A stretch of 64,000 bases of DNA, from positions 187,986,001 to 188,050,000 of the forward strand of contig NC_086097.1 of the NCBI RefSeq assembly GCF_963921235.1, read 5' to 3'. Of this stretch, positions 1-12,932 are shown one piece after another. The DNA is from Mobula hypostoma. Taxonomy: Eukaryota. Every line of letters begins with the position of its first letter. Position 1 is the first letter of the stretch. The notes beneath the pieces are model-generated. The model was given only the letters and a program-made list of their open reading frames with translations, had not been told where the DNA came from and did no database searches. The translations under genes and the position numbers were made by a program.

Positions 1-112
1 TGAGATTGCTAGAAGGCTGGATCTTAAAGGAATTACGAAGGTTACAACAAAGCCCATAATTCAGAGAAAAATTGCGGATCACTATATAAATTCGGGACAT
101 TTTGATGAAGAT

Positions 113-1000
113 GTGTTAGATATATTTCCAATGGGTAAACTGGAGATGCAGTTACATATTGAACAGATAAAGTTAGAGCAATTTAAAGTGGAAGCAGAAG
201 CTAAAAACAAAGATAAACAGAGGGAGTTTGAGCTAGCAATGGAGAAATTGAAGTCCGAGAATCAGGCTTCTGGTTCTAGGAAACAGTTTGTAGCTAATCG
301 AGAAGTTATTTTGGCTCCTCCATTTAATAAGACAGAAGTAGATAAATATTTCCAACATTTTGAACCATTGCTATGATTTCAGGGTGGCTGAAAGATAAAT
401 GGCTAGTGATGTTACAAAGTGTAATTAGAGGTAAGGCACAGCAAGTTTATACAGCTTTAACCTGCTGAACGAGCACTTGATTATGATATTGTGAAACAGC
501 ATATACTGAAAGAGTATGAACTGGTTTCAGAAACTTATAGAGAAAGATTCAGAAATTTGAAGAAATCCGTGGACAAAACTTACGTGGAACTTGCCTACGA
601 TAAATCTGTGTGTTTTGAGAGATGGGTTTCCTCTAAAAATGTGAATCAGGAGTATAATAAGTTAAAAGAGTTGATTTTATTGGAGGAATTTAAAAGGAGC
701 CTTCCTGTTGAAGTAAGGACATACTGCTACATTGGACACTGCTACATTGCAGGAGTCAGCTAAATTAGCTGATGAGTATGCTTCAATTCATAAGAGTAAA
801 TTTTCTCCAGGTAGAACTTTTAAAAGGAAAAATAGCACAGAGTGTCAGGGTAAACCAGAAATTAAATCTGAAGTTAGTGAGAATGGTAAAGATGAAGGGA
901 GACATGTGAAGGAAAGACATTTTGGTCCTATTTGTAATTATTGTGAAACCTGGACATGTAATAGTTTTTGATTGAAAAAGAAAGAGAAGGAAGCAGTCCC
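113..1000 (+). pseudogene. Gmr1-like gag with SCAN-like domain and zinc knuckle, frameshifted
   Basis: ORFs 113-376, 491-763 and 732-971: PPFNKTEVDKYFQHFE, YELVSETYRERFR, LKELILLEEFK, ICNYC. Confidence 0.8.
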
Positions 1001-2116
1001 AGATGCCTGTGTGCAGCATATTGAAACACCAGTAAATCCACAGAGTTCGATAAATACAAATGAAGTTTTGTTAGAGTCTGACCAAGTTCAGAGGGGATAT
1101 GAACATTTTATAATGGAGGGATTTGTATCCTGACAAGAGGGATCCTCTCCTGTGCCAATAAAAATACTCAGGGATACTGGAGCTTCTCAATCATTTATAC
1201 TAGACAGTGTTCTAAAGTTTAGTGATGAGTCTGACATTGATGAGGTAAACTATATATGAGGAGTTGGGAGTGCCCTTATGCCAGCACATTTACATAAAGT
1301 AAATTTAAGGTCAGGGTTAGTTACGGGTCCTGTTAAAGTAGGGCTGCAACCCAGTTTGCCCATGAATGATGTTTCTTTATTGTTGGGAAATGGTTTAGCA
1401 GATGGACAAGTTTTTCCCGAAGGACATTTGACTATTAAGCCTTTTTCTGATGAACCAAAGAGGGATTCTAACACAGATTCCTCCTGTGTTGTAACCCGAG
1501 CTATGGCTAAAAAGATTAATGTGCAGGATGGGTCTGTTACCCATGACTGTTCAACTTGGGATTCAAATTTTGAGGATTTGTCAGAAACCTTCTTACCTTC
1601 ATTGTTTGAACAAGATTATTGTAATAAGTCTGACCATGAAGATTTGTCCTTATCTCAGAAGGAGATGATAGCAGAGCAGAGTAGAGACCCTGAGATTATC
1701 AAATTAAAGGAACAAGCTCTTCCAGATAGCGAAATTAAGAAGGTGCCAGTAGGATATTATTTTGAAAATGGAGTATTAAAGAGGAAGTGGAGATCACCTA
1801 CAATTCTTGCAAGTGAGGAATGGGAAGTTAATCACCAGGTAGTAGTTCCTAAAGTTTATCGAAGTGAGATTTTAACTACGGCTCATGGTATGCCTTTGGG
1901 TGGCCCTCAAGGTGTAAAGAAAACTATGAATAAGGTTTTTAAACATTTTTACTGGCCCAGTTTAAGAAAAGATGTAGCAACATTTTGCAGAATGTGTCAT
2001 ACTTGTCAAATTGTGGGTAAACCTAATCAAGTTACTCCAGTGGCCCCACTGCAACCGATTCCAGAGTTTGGTGAACTGTTTTCCAAAATTATTATAGATT
2101 GTGTAGGCCCATTGCC

Positions 2117-2206
2117 TGACGAAGGGTCTCGGCCTGAAACGTCGACTGCGCCTCTTCCTATAGATGCTGCTTGGCCTGCTGCGTTCACCAGCAACTTTGA
2201 TGTATG
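2117..2206 (+). mobile_element. 95-bp PLE fragment (hammerhead core plus downstream) inserted in integrase
   Basis: Splits GPLP|KTKAG; TTGCC at 2112-2116 and 2207-2211; sequence is the reverse complement of ~2738-2834. Confidence 0.9.
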
Positions 2207-2801
2207 TTGCCAAAAACTAAAGCTGGACATCAATATTTGCCGACCATCATGTGCACAGCGTCTAGGTTTCCAGAGGCCATACCACTCAGGAATATAACAG
2301 CTAAAACTGTAATAAAGGCTCTTATAAAATTCTTTACTTATTTTGGCTTACCTAAGGAAATACAATCTGATCAAGGTAATAATGTTATATCTGGATTATT
2401 TCAGCAGGTAATTTATAAACTGGGAACAAAACAGATTACCTCATCTGCATATTATCCAGAATCACAAGGAGCCTTGGAGAGGTTCCATTCTACCCTTAAA
2501 ACTATGATTAGGATATATTGTGTGGAAAATGAAAATGACTGGGATGAGGGCATAGATTTACTACTTTTTGCAGTGTGGGAGGCAGTGCAGGAATCATTAG
2601 GTTTTAGTCCTTTTGAACTTGTGTTTGGGCATAGAGCTCGAGGACCTTTGGTCTTGTTGAAAGAACTGTGGATTAATAAAGAGGTACACACTGATTTCTT
2701 GGCAAACAACAGGAATTCTGCAGATGCTGGAAATTCAAGCAACATACATCAAAGTTGCTGGTGAACGCAGCAGGCCAAGCAGCATCTATAGGAAGAGGCG
2801 C

Positions 2802-2837
2802 AGTCGACGTTTCAGGCCGAGACCCTTCGTCAGGACT
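2802..2837 (-). ncRNA. Minimal type I hammerhead ribozyme (PLE-associated)
   Basis: Reverse complement reads AGTC CTGACGA AGGGTCTCGGCCT GAAAC GTC GACT: stem I, both conserved boxes, palindromic ACGT stem III, GUC site. Confidence 0.85.
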
Positions 2838-3249
2838 AACTGAAGGAAGAGTGAGTAAGGGATTTGAAAGCTGGAGGGGGAGGGGGAGATGCAAAATGAT
2901 AGGAGAAGACAGGAGGGGGAGGGATAGAGCCGAGAGCTGGACAGGTGATAGGCAAAAGGGGATATGAGAGGATCATGGGGCAGGAGGTCCGGGAAGAAAG
3001 ACGGGGGGGCGTGACCCAGAGGATGGGCAAGAGGTATATTCAGAGGGACAGAGGGAGAAAAAGGAGAGTGAGAGAAAGAATGTGTGCATAAAAATGAGTA
3101 ACAGCTGGGGTACGAGGGGGAGGTGGGGCCTATCACCTGTCCAGCTCTCGGCTCTATCCCTCCCCCTCCTGTCTTCTCCTATCATTTTGCATCTCCCCCT
3201 CCCCCTCCCCCTCCAGCTTTCAAATCCCTTACTCACTCTTCCTTCAGTT

Positions 3250-3285
3250 AGTCCTGACGAAGGGTCTTGGCCTGAAACGTCGACT
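3250..3285 (+). ncRNA. Minimal type I hammerhead ribozyme (PLE-associated)
   Basis: AGTC CTGACGA AGGGTCTTGGCCT GAAAC GTC GACT; predicted cleavage after C3281. Confidence 0.85.
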
Positions 3286-5336
3286 GCGCCTCTTCCTATA
3301 GATGCTGCTTGGCCTGCTGCGTTCACCAGCAACTTTGATGTATGTTCACTGATTTCTTGGATTATGTTTTAAAATTTAAAGAAAGATTACATAAAGCTTG
3401 TAGCTTAGCTAAGAACAATTTAAAATTGTCTCAGGAGAAACTGAAGACTTGGTATGATAAGGAAGCTAGAATGAGGTTATTTAAGCCTTGAGATAAGGTG
3501 TTGGTTCTTTTCCCAGTGCAATTGAACCCATTACAAGCTAAATTTCATGGTCCTTATGAGATTAAATCTAAAGTTAATGATGTGGAATATGTGGTAAAAA
3601 CCCCAGGTCGAAGAAAGCCAACACAGCTGTGTCATATAAATATGATAAAACTGTATTATGAGAAACAGTCTGCTACTATGACTGTTGTGGTCAGCAATAA
3701 TGAATCTGATCCCACTGGGAACTTAATGGATGATTCATCTGAAACGCATTTCAAACCCAACATTATTTCTACCAGATTACCAAACTCAAAAATTTTGGAA
3801 AATATTGATGAGAAATTAGCTGATTTACAGCCGGAGCAGAGAGAGCAGATGAAACAGTTAATTTTTAAATATAGGGATTTATTTCCAGACGTTTCTAAAA
3901 GAACCACAGTAGCTTCACATGATGTAGATCAAAACCCATAAAACAACATCCGTATCTGATGGACAGGGAAAAATGTGAACTTGCTGAACAAGAAATTAAG
4001 TATATGTTAGAGAATAATATTATTAGACCTTCTAATTCGAATTGGAGTTCCCCGTGTGTTATGGTGCCTAAGCCAAACAATAGTATTTGGTTTTGTACAG
4101 ATTGCAGGAAGGTGAATGTTATGACAAAAACTGACGCATATTCAATCCCTAGGGTAGATGATTGTGTGGACAAAGTTGGACAAATAAAGTTCCTTACAAA
4201 GATTGATTGTTAAAAGGTTATTGGTGTGTTCCACTGATGGATAGAGGTAGAGAGATTTCTGCATCTGTAACCCCATCCGGTTTGTATGAATATAATGTTC
4301 TTCCCTTTGGGATGAAATAGGCACCAGGTACTTTCCAGTGGATGATTAATACTGTGATTCATGGGTTAAAAGATACAGGTGCCTATATTGATGATTTAGT
4401 TACAGGAAATGATACTTGGAAAGCACATATTACTGTGGTGGAGAAACTATTTGAAAGACATTTAAAAGCTAACTTAAATATTAACTTAGCTAAAAGTGAA
4501 TTTAGCCACGGTGACCTACCTTGGATATTTTGTGGGTCAAGGAAAATTAGCTCCTGTTCAGGCAATTTTAGAGGTACACACTCCAACTGGAAAAAAAAAT
4601 TGTCAGAAGATTCTTGGGAATGGTAGGATATTACCGTAAATTTTGTAAGAATTTTGCTAACATTGCTCTTCCATTAACTAACCTCTTGAAGAAAAATGAA
4701 AAGTTTATTTGGACAGAGCCTTGTCAGGAAGCATTTGATAAATTGAAAACTATAATATGTAGTCAACCTGTGCTCAAATCCCCTGACTTTGAAAAAGCAT
4801 TTTCAGTAGCTGTAGATGCTAGTGATGAAGCTGCAGGAGCAGTGTTATTTCAAAGGGATGAGGGTGATAAAGTTGATCGTCCAGTAGCTTACTTTTCCAA
4901 GAAGTTTAATGCCCATCAAAGAAATTATTCAACTATAGAAAAAGAGTTATTATCTCTTGTTTTGGCTTTGCAACAATTTGAAGTGTATGTTGGTACTACT
5001 CAGAAACCACTCATAGTTTATACTGATCATAATCCATTAGTGTTTTTGAGTAAAAGATGTTACAGGAGTATAATATTTGATAACTCATATTAAAGGTAAA
5101 GAGAACGTGATCGCTGACTGTCTATCTAGATGTTAAATGCACAATGTAAAATTTTTTTATGGAGTAGTATTTTAACATTTGTAACAATCCTACTGTAATA
5201 TTAGTTTGCAAGATGCTATATGATAATACTGTGTATATCGTGTATGTTGCAGATTTTATACATTTGTATTTTTTTGTGTAAATAGTTGTTAAAATTTTGC
5301 TCCTAAAAGACCAAAATTTTATTTTTTGGAGGGAGG

Positions 5337-6208
5337 TGTTACATACCCCATGGGTATCTTGTAACTGTCTTATCAGCATAAGGTAATGGTCTTGTGGAGG
5401 TCACGTGATGTAATTTTCCCGACAGTGTGAGGTCACATGATGACCTGTTCTTAACAGGTAAAAAGGAGACCCCTGGTGTGACACAGTTAGTTTTCAGTTT
5501 AGTTTTGTGTTAGTTTGTCAGTTACTCCATTATGCTGCATATTTGTCATGACACAGTTTCATTTTAAAACAGAGTTTTCTTTTCTATTTTAAGGTGCAAA
5601 GATTGGGGCTGGCAGTTTCTCCAATTGCTGCCAGGTTTGTGTGCATCTATAATTTTCCCTTTTCAGCAGTATTGTAGAGTGAAGACTTTATTAAAGGACG
5701 GGAGCCTGAAGAATCTGAATAAAGTTGGAGTCGGTCAGCGGTTTTATAAACGATCGACCTTATTGAGGATTTGTTCATAATATAGTGACCTGTATCTGAG
5801 ATAACTCCTGCAAGAGTGGGGAAGTTGTGCAGTGTTCACTCGCGAGGAAAAGGTCAGTTCCTTTAAGTCGTATTATTTCCTTCATCGTGAATCCTTTGGA
5901 GAATCAGCAGTAACGTCACGTCTTCGAAGAAATTCATTTCCAGAGAAGTCTCTCCTTATTGACTATGTAAATCACTTGGACTTTCGAATTTACCATTTTA
6001 AGACTGGGTTCGAATTTACCATTTTAAGAACTGTTTTCGCATTTACCCTTTTAAGAACTGTTCCAGAGTTGCCATATAGCAGTTAACTTCCGGTTATGTT
6101 AGTCGTTTGAATACTTCTTACTATTTGTTGAGCAGAGTTTAATAAATGTTTCTTTGTTTTTATGAAACCTGCCACAATTGATAATTCATTGTTGCTGATC
6201 TCGTGACA
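5337..6208 (+). repeat. 3' LTR of the Gmr1-like element (~872 bp)
   Basis: Polypurine tract GGAGGGAGG at 5328-5336, followed directly by TGTTAC; ends GTGACA at 6208; AATAAA at 6141-6146; CR1 sequence resumes after 6208. Confidence 0.85.
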
Positions 6209-9200
6209 ACGGGCAGGTGGGCAGAGAGTATAGCGTGGCTCTATTGGTTAAAAAAAATGAAATCAAATCCTTAGAATGAGGTGACACAGGATCGGAAGAT
6301 GTAGAGTCGAGGGTAGATTTAAGGAAATGCAAGGGTAAAAAGACTTTGATGGGAGTTACATATTGGCCTTCGAACAGTACCCAGAATGAGGGCTACAAAT
6401 TACAATGGGAGATAGAAAATGCATGATGAAAGAGCAATGTTACGATGGTCAGGGGAGATTTTGATGTGCAAGTAGATTGGGAAAATCAGGTTGGTACTGA
6501 TTTTGGATCACAAGAGAGAGAATTTGTAGAATGCCTACAAGATGGCTTTTTCGAGCAGCTTGTAGTTGACCTCACAAGGGGATCAACTATTTTGGATTAG
6601 GTGTTGTGTACTGAACCGGATTTTATTGGGAAGCTTAAGGTAAAGGAACACTGAAGAGATAATGATCATAATATGATAGAATTCACCTTGCAATTTGAGA
6701 GGGAGAAGCTAAAGTTGAATTAATCAGTATTACAGTGGAGCAAAGGGAATTACAGAGGCATGAGAAAGGAGCTGGCCAAAGTTGATTGGAAGGCGATATT
6801 TGCAGGGATGACTGCAGAGCAGCAATGGCTGGAGTTTCTGGGAGCAATTTGGAATAGATACATCCCAAAGAAGAAGTAGTATTCTAAATAAGATAAGACA
6901 ACTGTGGCTGGTAAAGGAAGGCAAAGCCAACATAAAGGCAAAGGAGACGGCATATAATAGAGCAAAATTTTGTGGGAAGTTGGAAGAATGAGAAGATTTT
7001 TAAAAAACAGCAGAAGGCATCTAACCTGGTCCTAACATATCGATGTAGTCATAAAGAAGGCAAGACAACGGCTATACTTTATTAGGAGTTTGAAGAGATT
7101 TGACATGTCAAGAAATACACTCAAAAAACTTATGTAGTTGTACAGTGGAGAGCATTCTGACAGGCTGCATCATTGTCTGGTATGGAGGGGTTACTGCACA
7201 GGACCGAAAGAAGCTGCAGAAGGTTGTAAATCTAGTCAGTTCCACCTTGGGCACTAGCCTACATAATACCCTTTAATGCATCTTTAGGGAGCAGTGTCTC
7301 AAAAAGGCAGTGTCCATTACTAGGGACCTCCAGCACCCAAGGCATGCCCTTTTCAGACTTTTACCATCAGGTAGGAGATACAGAAGCCTGAAGGCACACA
7401 CTCAGCAATTTAGGAACAGCTTCTTCCCCTCAGCCATCCCATTCCTAAATGGACTTTGAAGCTTTGGACACTACCTCACTTTTTTAATATACAGTATTTC
7501 TGTTTTTGCACATATTTAAAAATCTATCCAATATACGTAATTGATTTATTTGTTTATTTATTATTTTTTTAAAATTTATTACTATTATTATTTTTTCTTT
7601 CTCTGCTAGATTATGTATGGCATTGAACTGCTGCTGCTAAGTTAACAAATTTCACGTCACATGCCAGTGATAATAAACCTGATTCTGATTCTGAACTGAA
7701 AAAGCCAGAAGGAGCAAAAAGGTGAATATTAAGGTAAGCTAGCCAATAATATCAAAGAGGATACCAAAAGTTTTCTCAGATACACAGTGTAAAAGAGCAG
7801 CGAGAGTAAATATTGGACTGCTGGGAAATGACACTGGAGAGGTAGTAAAAGGGAGCAAGGAAATGGTGGATAAACGGAATAAGTATTTTGCAACAGTCTT
7901 CGCTGTGGAAGACACGAGCAGTATGTGGATGTTCGAGAATGTCGGGGGCAAAAGTGAATACAATTGCTATTACTAGGGAGGAGGTGCTTGGGAAGCTGAA
8001 AGGTCTGAAGGATCAGAAGGATCCTGATGGTTCTGAAAAAGATAGCAGAAGTGATTGTGGAGGCATTAGCAATGATCTTTCGAGAATCACTAGATTCTGG
8101 TAGAGTTCTGGAAGACTGGAAAATTGCAAACATCACTCAACACTTCAAGAAGGATGGGAAGCAGACGAAAGGAAATTATAGGCCAATTAGTCTGACCTCA
8201 GTGGTTGGAAAGACGTTGGATTCGCTTGTTAAGGATGAGCTTTTGGGGTACATGGAGGCTCATAATAAAATGGATAATATCAGCATGGTTCTTTAAGGGA
8301 AAGTCTTGCCTGACAAATCTGTTGGAATTCTTTGAGGAAGTCGCAAGTAGGATAGACAAAGGAGACTCGGTGGATGTTGTGTACTTGGATTTTCAAAAGG
8401 CCTTTGACAAGGTGCCACAGATAAGGCTGCTTAACAAGCTACAAGCCCAAGGTATTACAGGAAAGACTCTAGCATGTATGATTGGCAGGATGGAAAGATT
8501 GGGAATAAAGGGCACCTTTTTTGATTGACTGCCGGTGACTAGTGGTGTTCCGTAGGGGTCAGCATTGGGGCTGCTTCTTTTTACATTGAATGTCAGTGAT
8601 ATGAATGATGGAATTCATGGCTTTGTAGCCAATTTTGAGGACAATACAAAGATAGGGGATAGGCAGATAGTGTTGAAGAAGCAGAGAGGCTGCAGAAGGA
8701 CTTAGACAGATTAGAAGAATGGGCAAAGAGTGGCAGATGGATACAGAGTTGGAAAGTGTATGGTCATACACTTTGGTAGATGGAATAAAAATATAGACTA
8801 TTTTCTAAACAGAGAAAATTCAAAACATCAGTGGTGCAAATGGAGTCCCCATGCAGAATTCTCTGAAGATTAACTTGCAGGTTGAGTCAGTGGTGAGGAA
8901 GGCAAATACAATGTTACCATTCATTTTGAGAGGACTAGAATAGAAAATCAAGGATATAATGCTAAGGGTTTATAAGACACTGATGAGGCCTCATTTGGAG
9001 TATTGTGAGCAGTTTTAAGCCCCTTATTGAAGAAAAGATGCACTCCCTTTAGAGAGGGTTCAAAGGAGGTTCACAAGAATGATTCCAGGATTGAAAGGCT
9101 TATCATATGAGAAGGCTTGATGGCTCTGGGCCTGTACTCAATGGAACTTAGAAGAGTAGGGGTGGATCTCATTGAAATTCTTCGAATGTTGAAAGGCCTA

Positions 9201-9545
9201 GATAGAGTGAATGAGGAGAGGTTGCTTCCTATAGTGGGAGAGTCTCAGACAAGAGGGCACAACCTCAGGATAGAGGGAAGTGCATTTAAAACGGCAATGA
9301 AGAGGAATTTCTTTAGTCAGACAGCGGTGAATCTGTGAAATTCATTGCCACAGGCAGCTGTGGAGACCAGGTCACTGAGTGTAGTTAAGACTGAGGTTGA
9401 TAGATTCTTGATAAGTCAGGGCTTATGAAAGGTAATGGACAGAAATCAGGAGAATGGGCTTTGTAATGTGGTGGATCAGCCATGATTAAATGGTGGAGCA
9501 GATTTGATGGCCCATAAGAACTAATTCTGCTTCAATGTCTAATGG
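6209..9545 (+). mobile_element. CR1 LINE ORF2 remnant (host of the LTR element)
   Basis: APE endonuclease-region sequence then RT motifs (GNYRPISLTSVVGK; VVYLDFQKAFDKVP) and CR1 3' end; many stops. Confidence 0.9.
7022..7694 (+). mobile_element. Rex1/Babar-type LINE 3' fragment nested in CR1
   Basis: IKKARQRLYFIRSLKRF..VESILTGCIIVWYG-like translation; tail AATAAACCTGATTCTGATTCTGA. Confidence 0.75.
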
Positions 9546-9554
9546 TTCATTACT

Positions 9555-10545
9555 GACTCAACCTCATTCTCCTGCCTTCTCCCGTAGCCTTTGACACCTT
9601 ATTGATCAAGAAACTATCAACCTCTTTCAAATATACCCAGTGACTTGGCCTCCATAGCCATCTGTGGCAATGAATTCCACAAATTCACCACCCTGTGGTT
9701 AAAGAAGTTCCGCCTCATCTCTGTTCTGAAGGAACAACCCTCCATTCTGAGGACGTGCCTCTGGTGCTACACTCCCCCACTATAGGAAACATCCTCTCCA
9801 CATCCACTCTGTCTAGGCCTTTCAATATTTGATAGGTTTCAAGGAGATCACCTCTTAGTTTTGAAAATTCCAGTGAGTATAAGCCGAGAGCTATCAAACA
9901 CTCCTCATATGTTAACCCTTTGGTTCTCAGAATCATTTTCATGAACCTCCTGAGGATCCTCTCCAATGCCAGCATATCATTTCTTAGATAAGGGGCCCAA
10001 ATCTGTTCAGAATTCTCCAAGATCAATCTGTACAATGCCTTATAAAGCTGCAGCTTTATATCCTTGCTTTTATATTATATTCCTCTCAGAATGAATGTTA
10101 ACATTGTATTTTCCTTCCCTACTACTGACTCATTTGCAAGTTAACTTTAGGGAATATTGCACGAGAAATCCCAAGTCCTCTTGCACAACTGATATTTGAA
10201 TTTTCTCCTTATTTATAAAATAGCCTTTGCCTTTATTCCTTCTACCAAAATGCATGATCATGTACTTCCCAAAACTCTATTCCATCTGCCACTTCTTTGC
10301 CCATTCTCCAAATTTGTCTGAACCCTCCTTCAGATTCTTTGCTTCATCAATAAAACCTGCCCCTCCACCTGTCTTTGTCGCATCTTCAAACCTGGCCACA
10401 AAACCATTATTCAAATTATTGACATATAGCATGAAAAGACGTGGTCCCAACATTGACCCCTGTGAAACACCACTAGTCTCTGGCAGCCATCCAGAAAAAG
10501 CCCAATTTATTCCAACTCTTTGTCCCCTACCAGTGAGCCACTCTT
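9555..10545 (-). mobile_element. CR1 LINE 3' fragment, tail-to-tail with the previous CR1
   Basis: ORFs 9715-10035 and 10277-10636 (SGVSQGSMLGP; LGLYSLEF). Confidence 0.88.
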
Positions 10546-10547
10546 CA

Positions 10548-10880
10548 CAAACCTCCCCACTATCGAGGACATCTTCAAAAGCCGGTGCCTCAAGGAGACA
10601 ACATCCATCATTAAAAACTGTCACCATCGAGGACATGCTCTCTTCTCATTACGACCATCAGGGAGGAGGTACACATACTCAACATTTTAGGAACCACTTT
10701 TTCCCGTCCACCAGATTTCTGAATGTTCCATGATCACTAACATACTATTCCCCTTGTTCACCCTTTATTTATTTTATTTCCCATTGTAACAGATTCATTT
10801 TTATATCTACTGTACTGCTGCTGCAAAATAACAAATTTCATGACATACGTCAGTGATGATAAACCGAATTCTGATCCTGA
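10548..10880 (+). mobile_element. Rex1/Babar-type 3' fragment
   Basis: Similar to 7270-7694; tail GATAAACCGAATTCTGATCCTGA. Confidence 0.65.
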
Positions 10881-12379
10881 AAATTCTAGTTTTAGTTTCA
10901 CCTTGGTTTCTCTTAACTATGTTTCTAACATTTTATGGTAATAGTCCTACAAAGTGAAGTGGGCATAGCATTAATTGAACCAGGAACAAGGCTCTGTTTC
11001 TTTCTCTGATTAGCTCTTCCCATCACCAACCAAATGCCCACCTAGCCACACCCTTTGGGGTCACTGACAATTATCAACCTGCAACACAAACAGAAAGTTC
11101 AGCAGGTCAGTATTTCAAGCCAATGATCTTCTATGAGGGTGGTAGGTGGAATGCACCTATTTTTCCAGAGGGTTTTTTATAGTCATAAAATTTGCAAATG
11201 CATAATATTGGAATACTTGGACAGCTATTGCCTGTGTAATATTGTTGTATGCAATTGTGGCTTCCCTCTCCAAAACCTGCTCTAGGAACTAGATTCAAGA
11301 CCTTACGTTATCCCTTGTGCTGCATATAGGTGATTATATCCCTGAGTGAATCCATGTTAATACGGGGAATGGGCAAATTTTTTCCAGTTTCCCAACAAGC
11401 TACAAGTTCAAGTTCCTTCCCTCATTATCATCTAACTACAGACAAACCTTTTCTAACTCAATGTTCTGCTCCCTGCATGCACTGTGTAATTTAAATGAGT
11501 TTATATCTGAAGAGGAGACAGAGCTTCGAAGCATGGCTAGAAGTAATCTTGCTTGAAAAATTAAGTGATCTCAATCTGTGGCATGGAAAGTGAAGTTAGT
11601 GAAGTGAAATGAAGCCATTTGTATAATGATAAAATGCTGGAAACAGCAGGTAAATTCAAGAACACAGCAGCTACAATTTATCACTGAGAACTGTAGCTGG
11701 ATAGAATTCGATTGGCAGCTGTTCAGCAAAACAAGTAGGCAAATTGCTGACATGTCTGTATCTAATCTCTTCCACAGATGAGAAATTCTCATGACCCAGA
11801 CAACCTCACTAGCTTCAACATTGCTGCTTTCATCTTACACTGTTCTTGGGATTCCAGTAATCTTACACTGAATTCGATTGGAGGAAGAGCAACTTTGTTC
11901 ATTATAGATTTATGGAAATTAGCAACCAACAATTTATAATTAGTTTGTAGTTTCCATATTGCAATCTCATTGGAGAATATTTCCCTCTACTCTACTCTAC
12001 TATAATTGAGGTAAAAATGTAAAAAGTTCTGATATGTCCTGTTTCAGTCCTGATCTTCTCCTTTGTGCCATACTCTATGGTCATTTCCTCAAAAGGAAAC
12101 TTACTCTCTTCTAAAGTTTGATTCTAAGCATTGTTCCAATACAACATTAACACGTCTCAAAATGTTAATACAGATTGATATGTCTTTTAAATATAAGTAG
12201 TAATCTAACCTGATATAAGACAATATAGTGAATTTTTTGCAGAACATTATGACCAGGTTCCATTTCAGTCTGATTGTCCTTGATTATATGCTCCAACTAC
12301 CTGAGCTCCTCTGAATCAGGTTTGCTTCAGATAATCTGTTTTAACAGTTAAAGGGACAAATCATAATTTATACCTGTTT

Positions 12380-12870
12380 CCAGGAACAGAATTTTGCTTT
12401 TCCTGTGATTCACTCTCAGCAACCTGTGACTTGACTTTGAATCCAAGCAGCATGCATTGATGCTGTTCATATATGGGAAGGATATTGCCTGTGTGTCTCT
12501 GCTGGCTGAGGTTTTCACAATTCCTGACCCCCACTCCCATGTCCTATCTGATGGGCTCAGCAAAGGGCTCGAGACACAATGCAAACAAGAAAGAGAAAAA
12601 CGTCAGTCTTACCTTCAATGGATTAGGTCAGAAAACTTTCTTATTTTCACAGATTAAAATAGTGTTGAGATGTTATGTAAAGCAGTCTTATCCAGTTGGA
12701 AATTCTCTGCCCTAACCCTACTTTGGAGAGCCTATCCATCATCCATATGTGAGATGTTCTGCCGAAGGCTTTCTCCTGATCTAGGCTAATTAAATAAGTG
12801 TCTATCACAACATCAGTTTCCCAGCACATAAAGCAAAGCAGAACAAGGGTGTCCATTATAGATCAGATCC
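12380..12870 (-). mobile_element. Tx1/L1-clade RT fragment
   Basis: LISLDQEKAFGRTSH..GLGQRISNWIRLLY (ORF 12647-12856); degenerate YMDD-like region in ORF 12348-12584. Confidence 0.7.
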
Positions 12871-12932
12871 AAGTACTATAAGAACCTAAGCCTCTCTGTC
12901 CCTCAAGCTTTCTAGTTATTCAATATATTTTA

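Larger units (their letters stand above)
2703..3346. mobile_element. Inverted Penelope-like pLTR insertion
   Basis: 14-bp TSD CACTGATTTCTTGG (2689-2702 and 3347-3360); inverted arms ~2741-2952 and ~3129-3346. Confidence 0.92.
1110..5135 (+). pseudogene. Gmr1-like pol (PR-IN-RT-RNase H), with stops, frameshifts and two PLE insertions
   Basis: ORFs 1278-2297, 2204-2764, 3498-3941, 3959-4213, 4342-4626 and 4614-5093 carry successive pol motifs; ends HIKGKENVIADCLSRC*. Confidence 0.9.
1..6208 (+). mobile_element. Gmr1-clade Ty3/Gypsy LTR retrotransposon (5' end outside window), decayed
   Basis: Fragmented ORFs in order: gag (SCAN-like KLKELILLEEFK; CNYC knuckle at ~931), protease (ILRDTGASQS ~1160), integrase (H..KHFYWP..CRMCHTC; IIDCVGPLP; QSDQG; ERFH), RT (WSSPCVMVPK; AYIDDL), RNase H (VDASD; YSTIEKELL; YTDHNPL). 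Integrase upstream of RT is diagnostic of Gmr1-like elements. Confidence 0.93.

Noticed and set aside
2673..3372. Recurrent short ORFs (MLVNAAGQAAS.., PDEGSRPETST..) here and at 21891, 32478, 37108, 37289, 59294
   Set aside because: Incidental translations of the non-coding PLE pLTR on both strands, not a gene family
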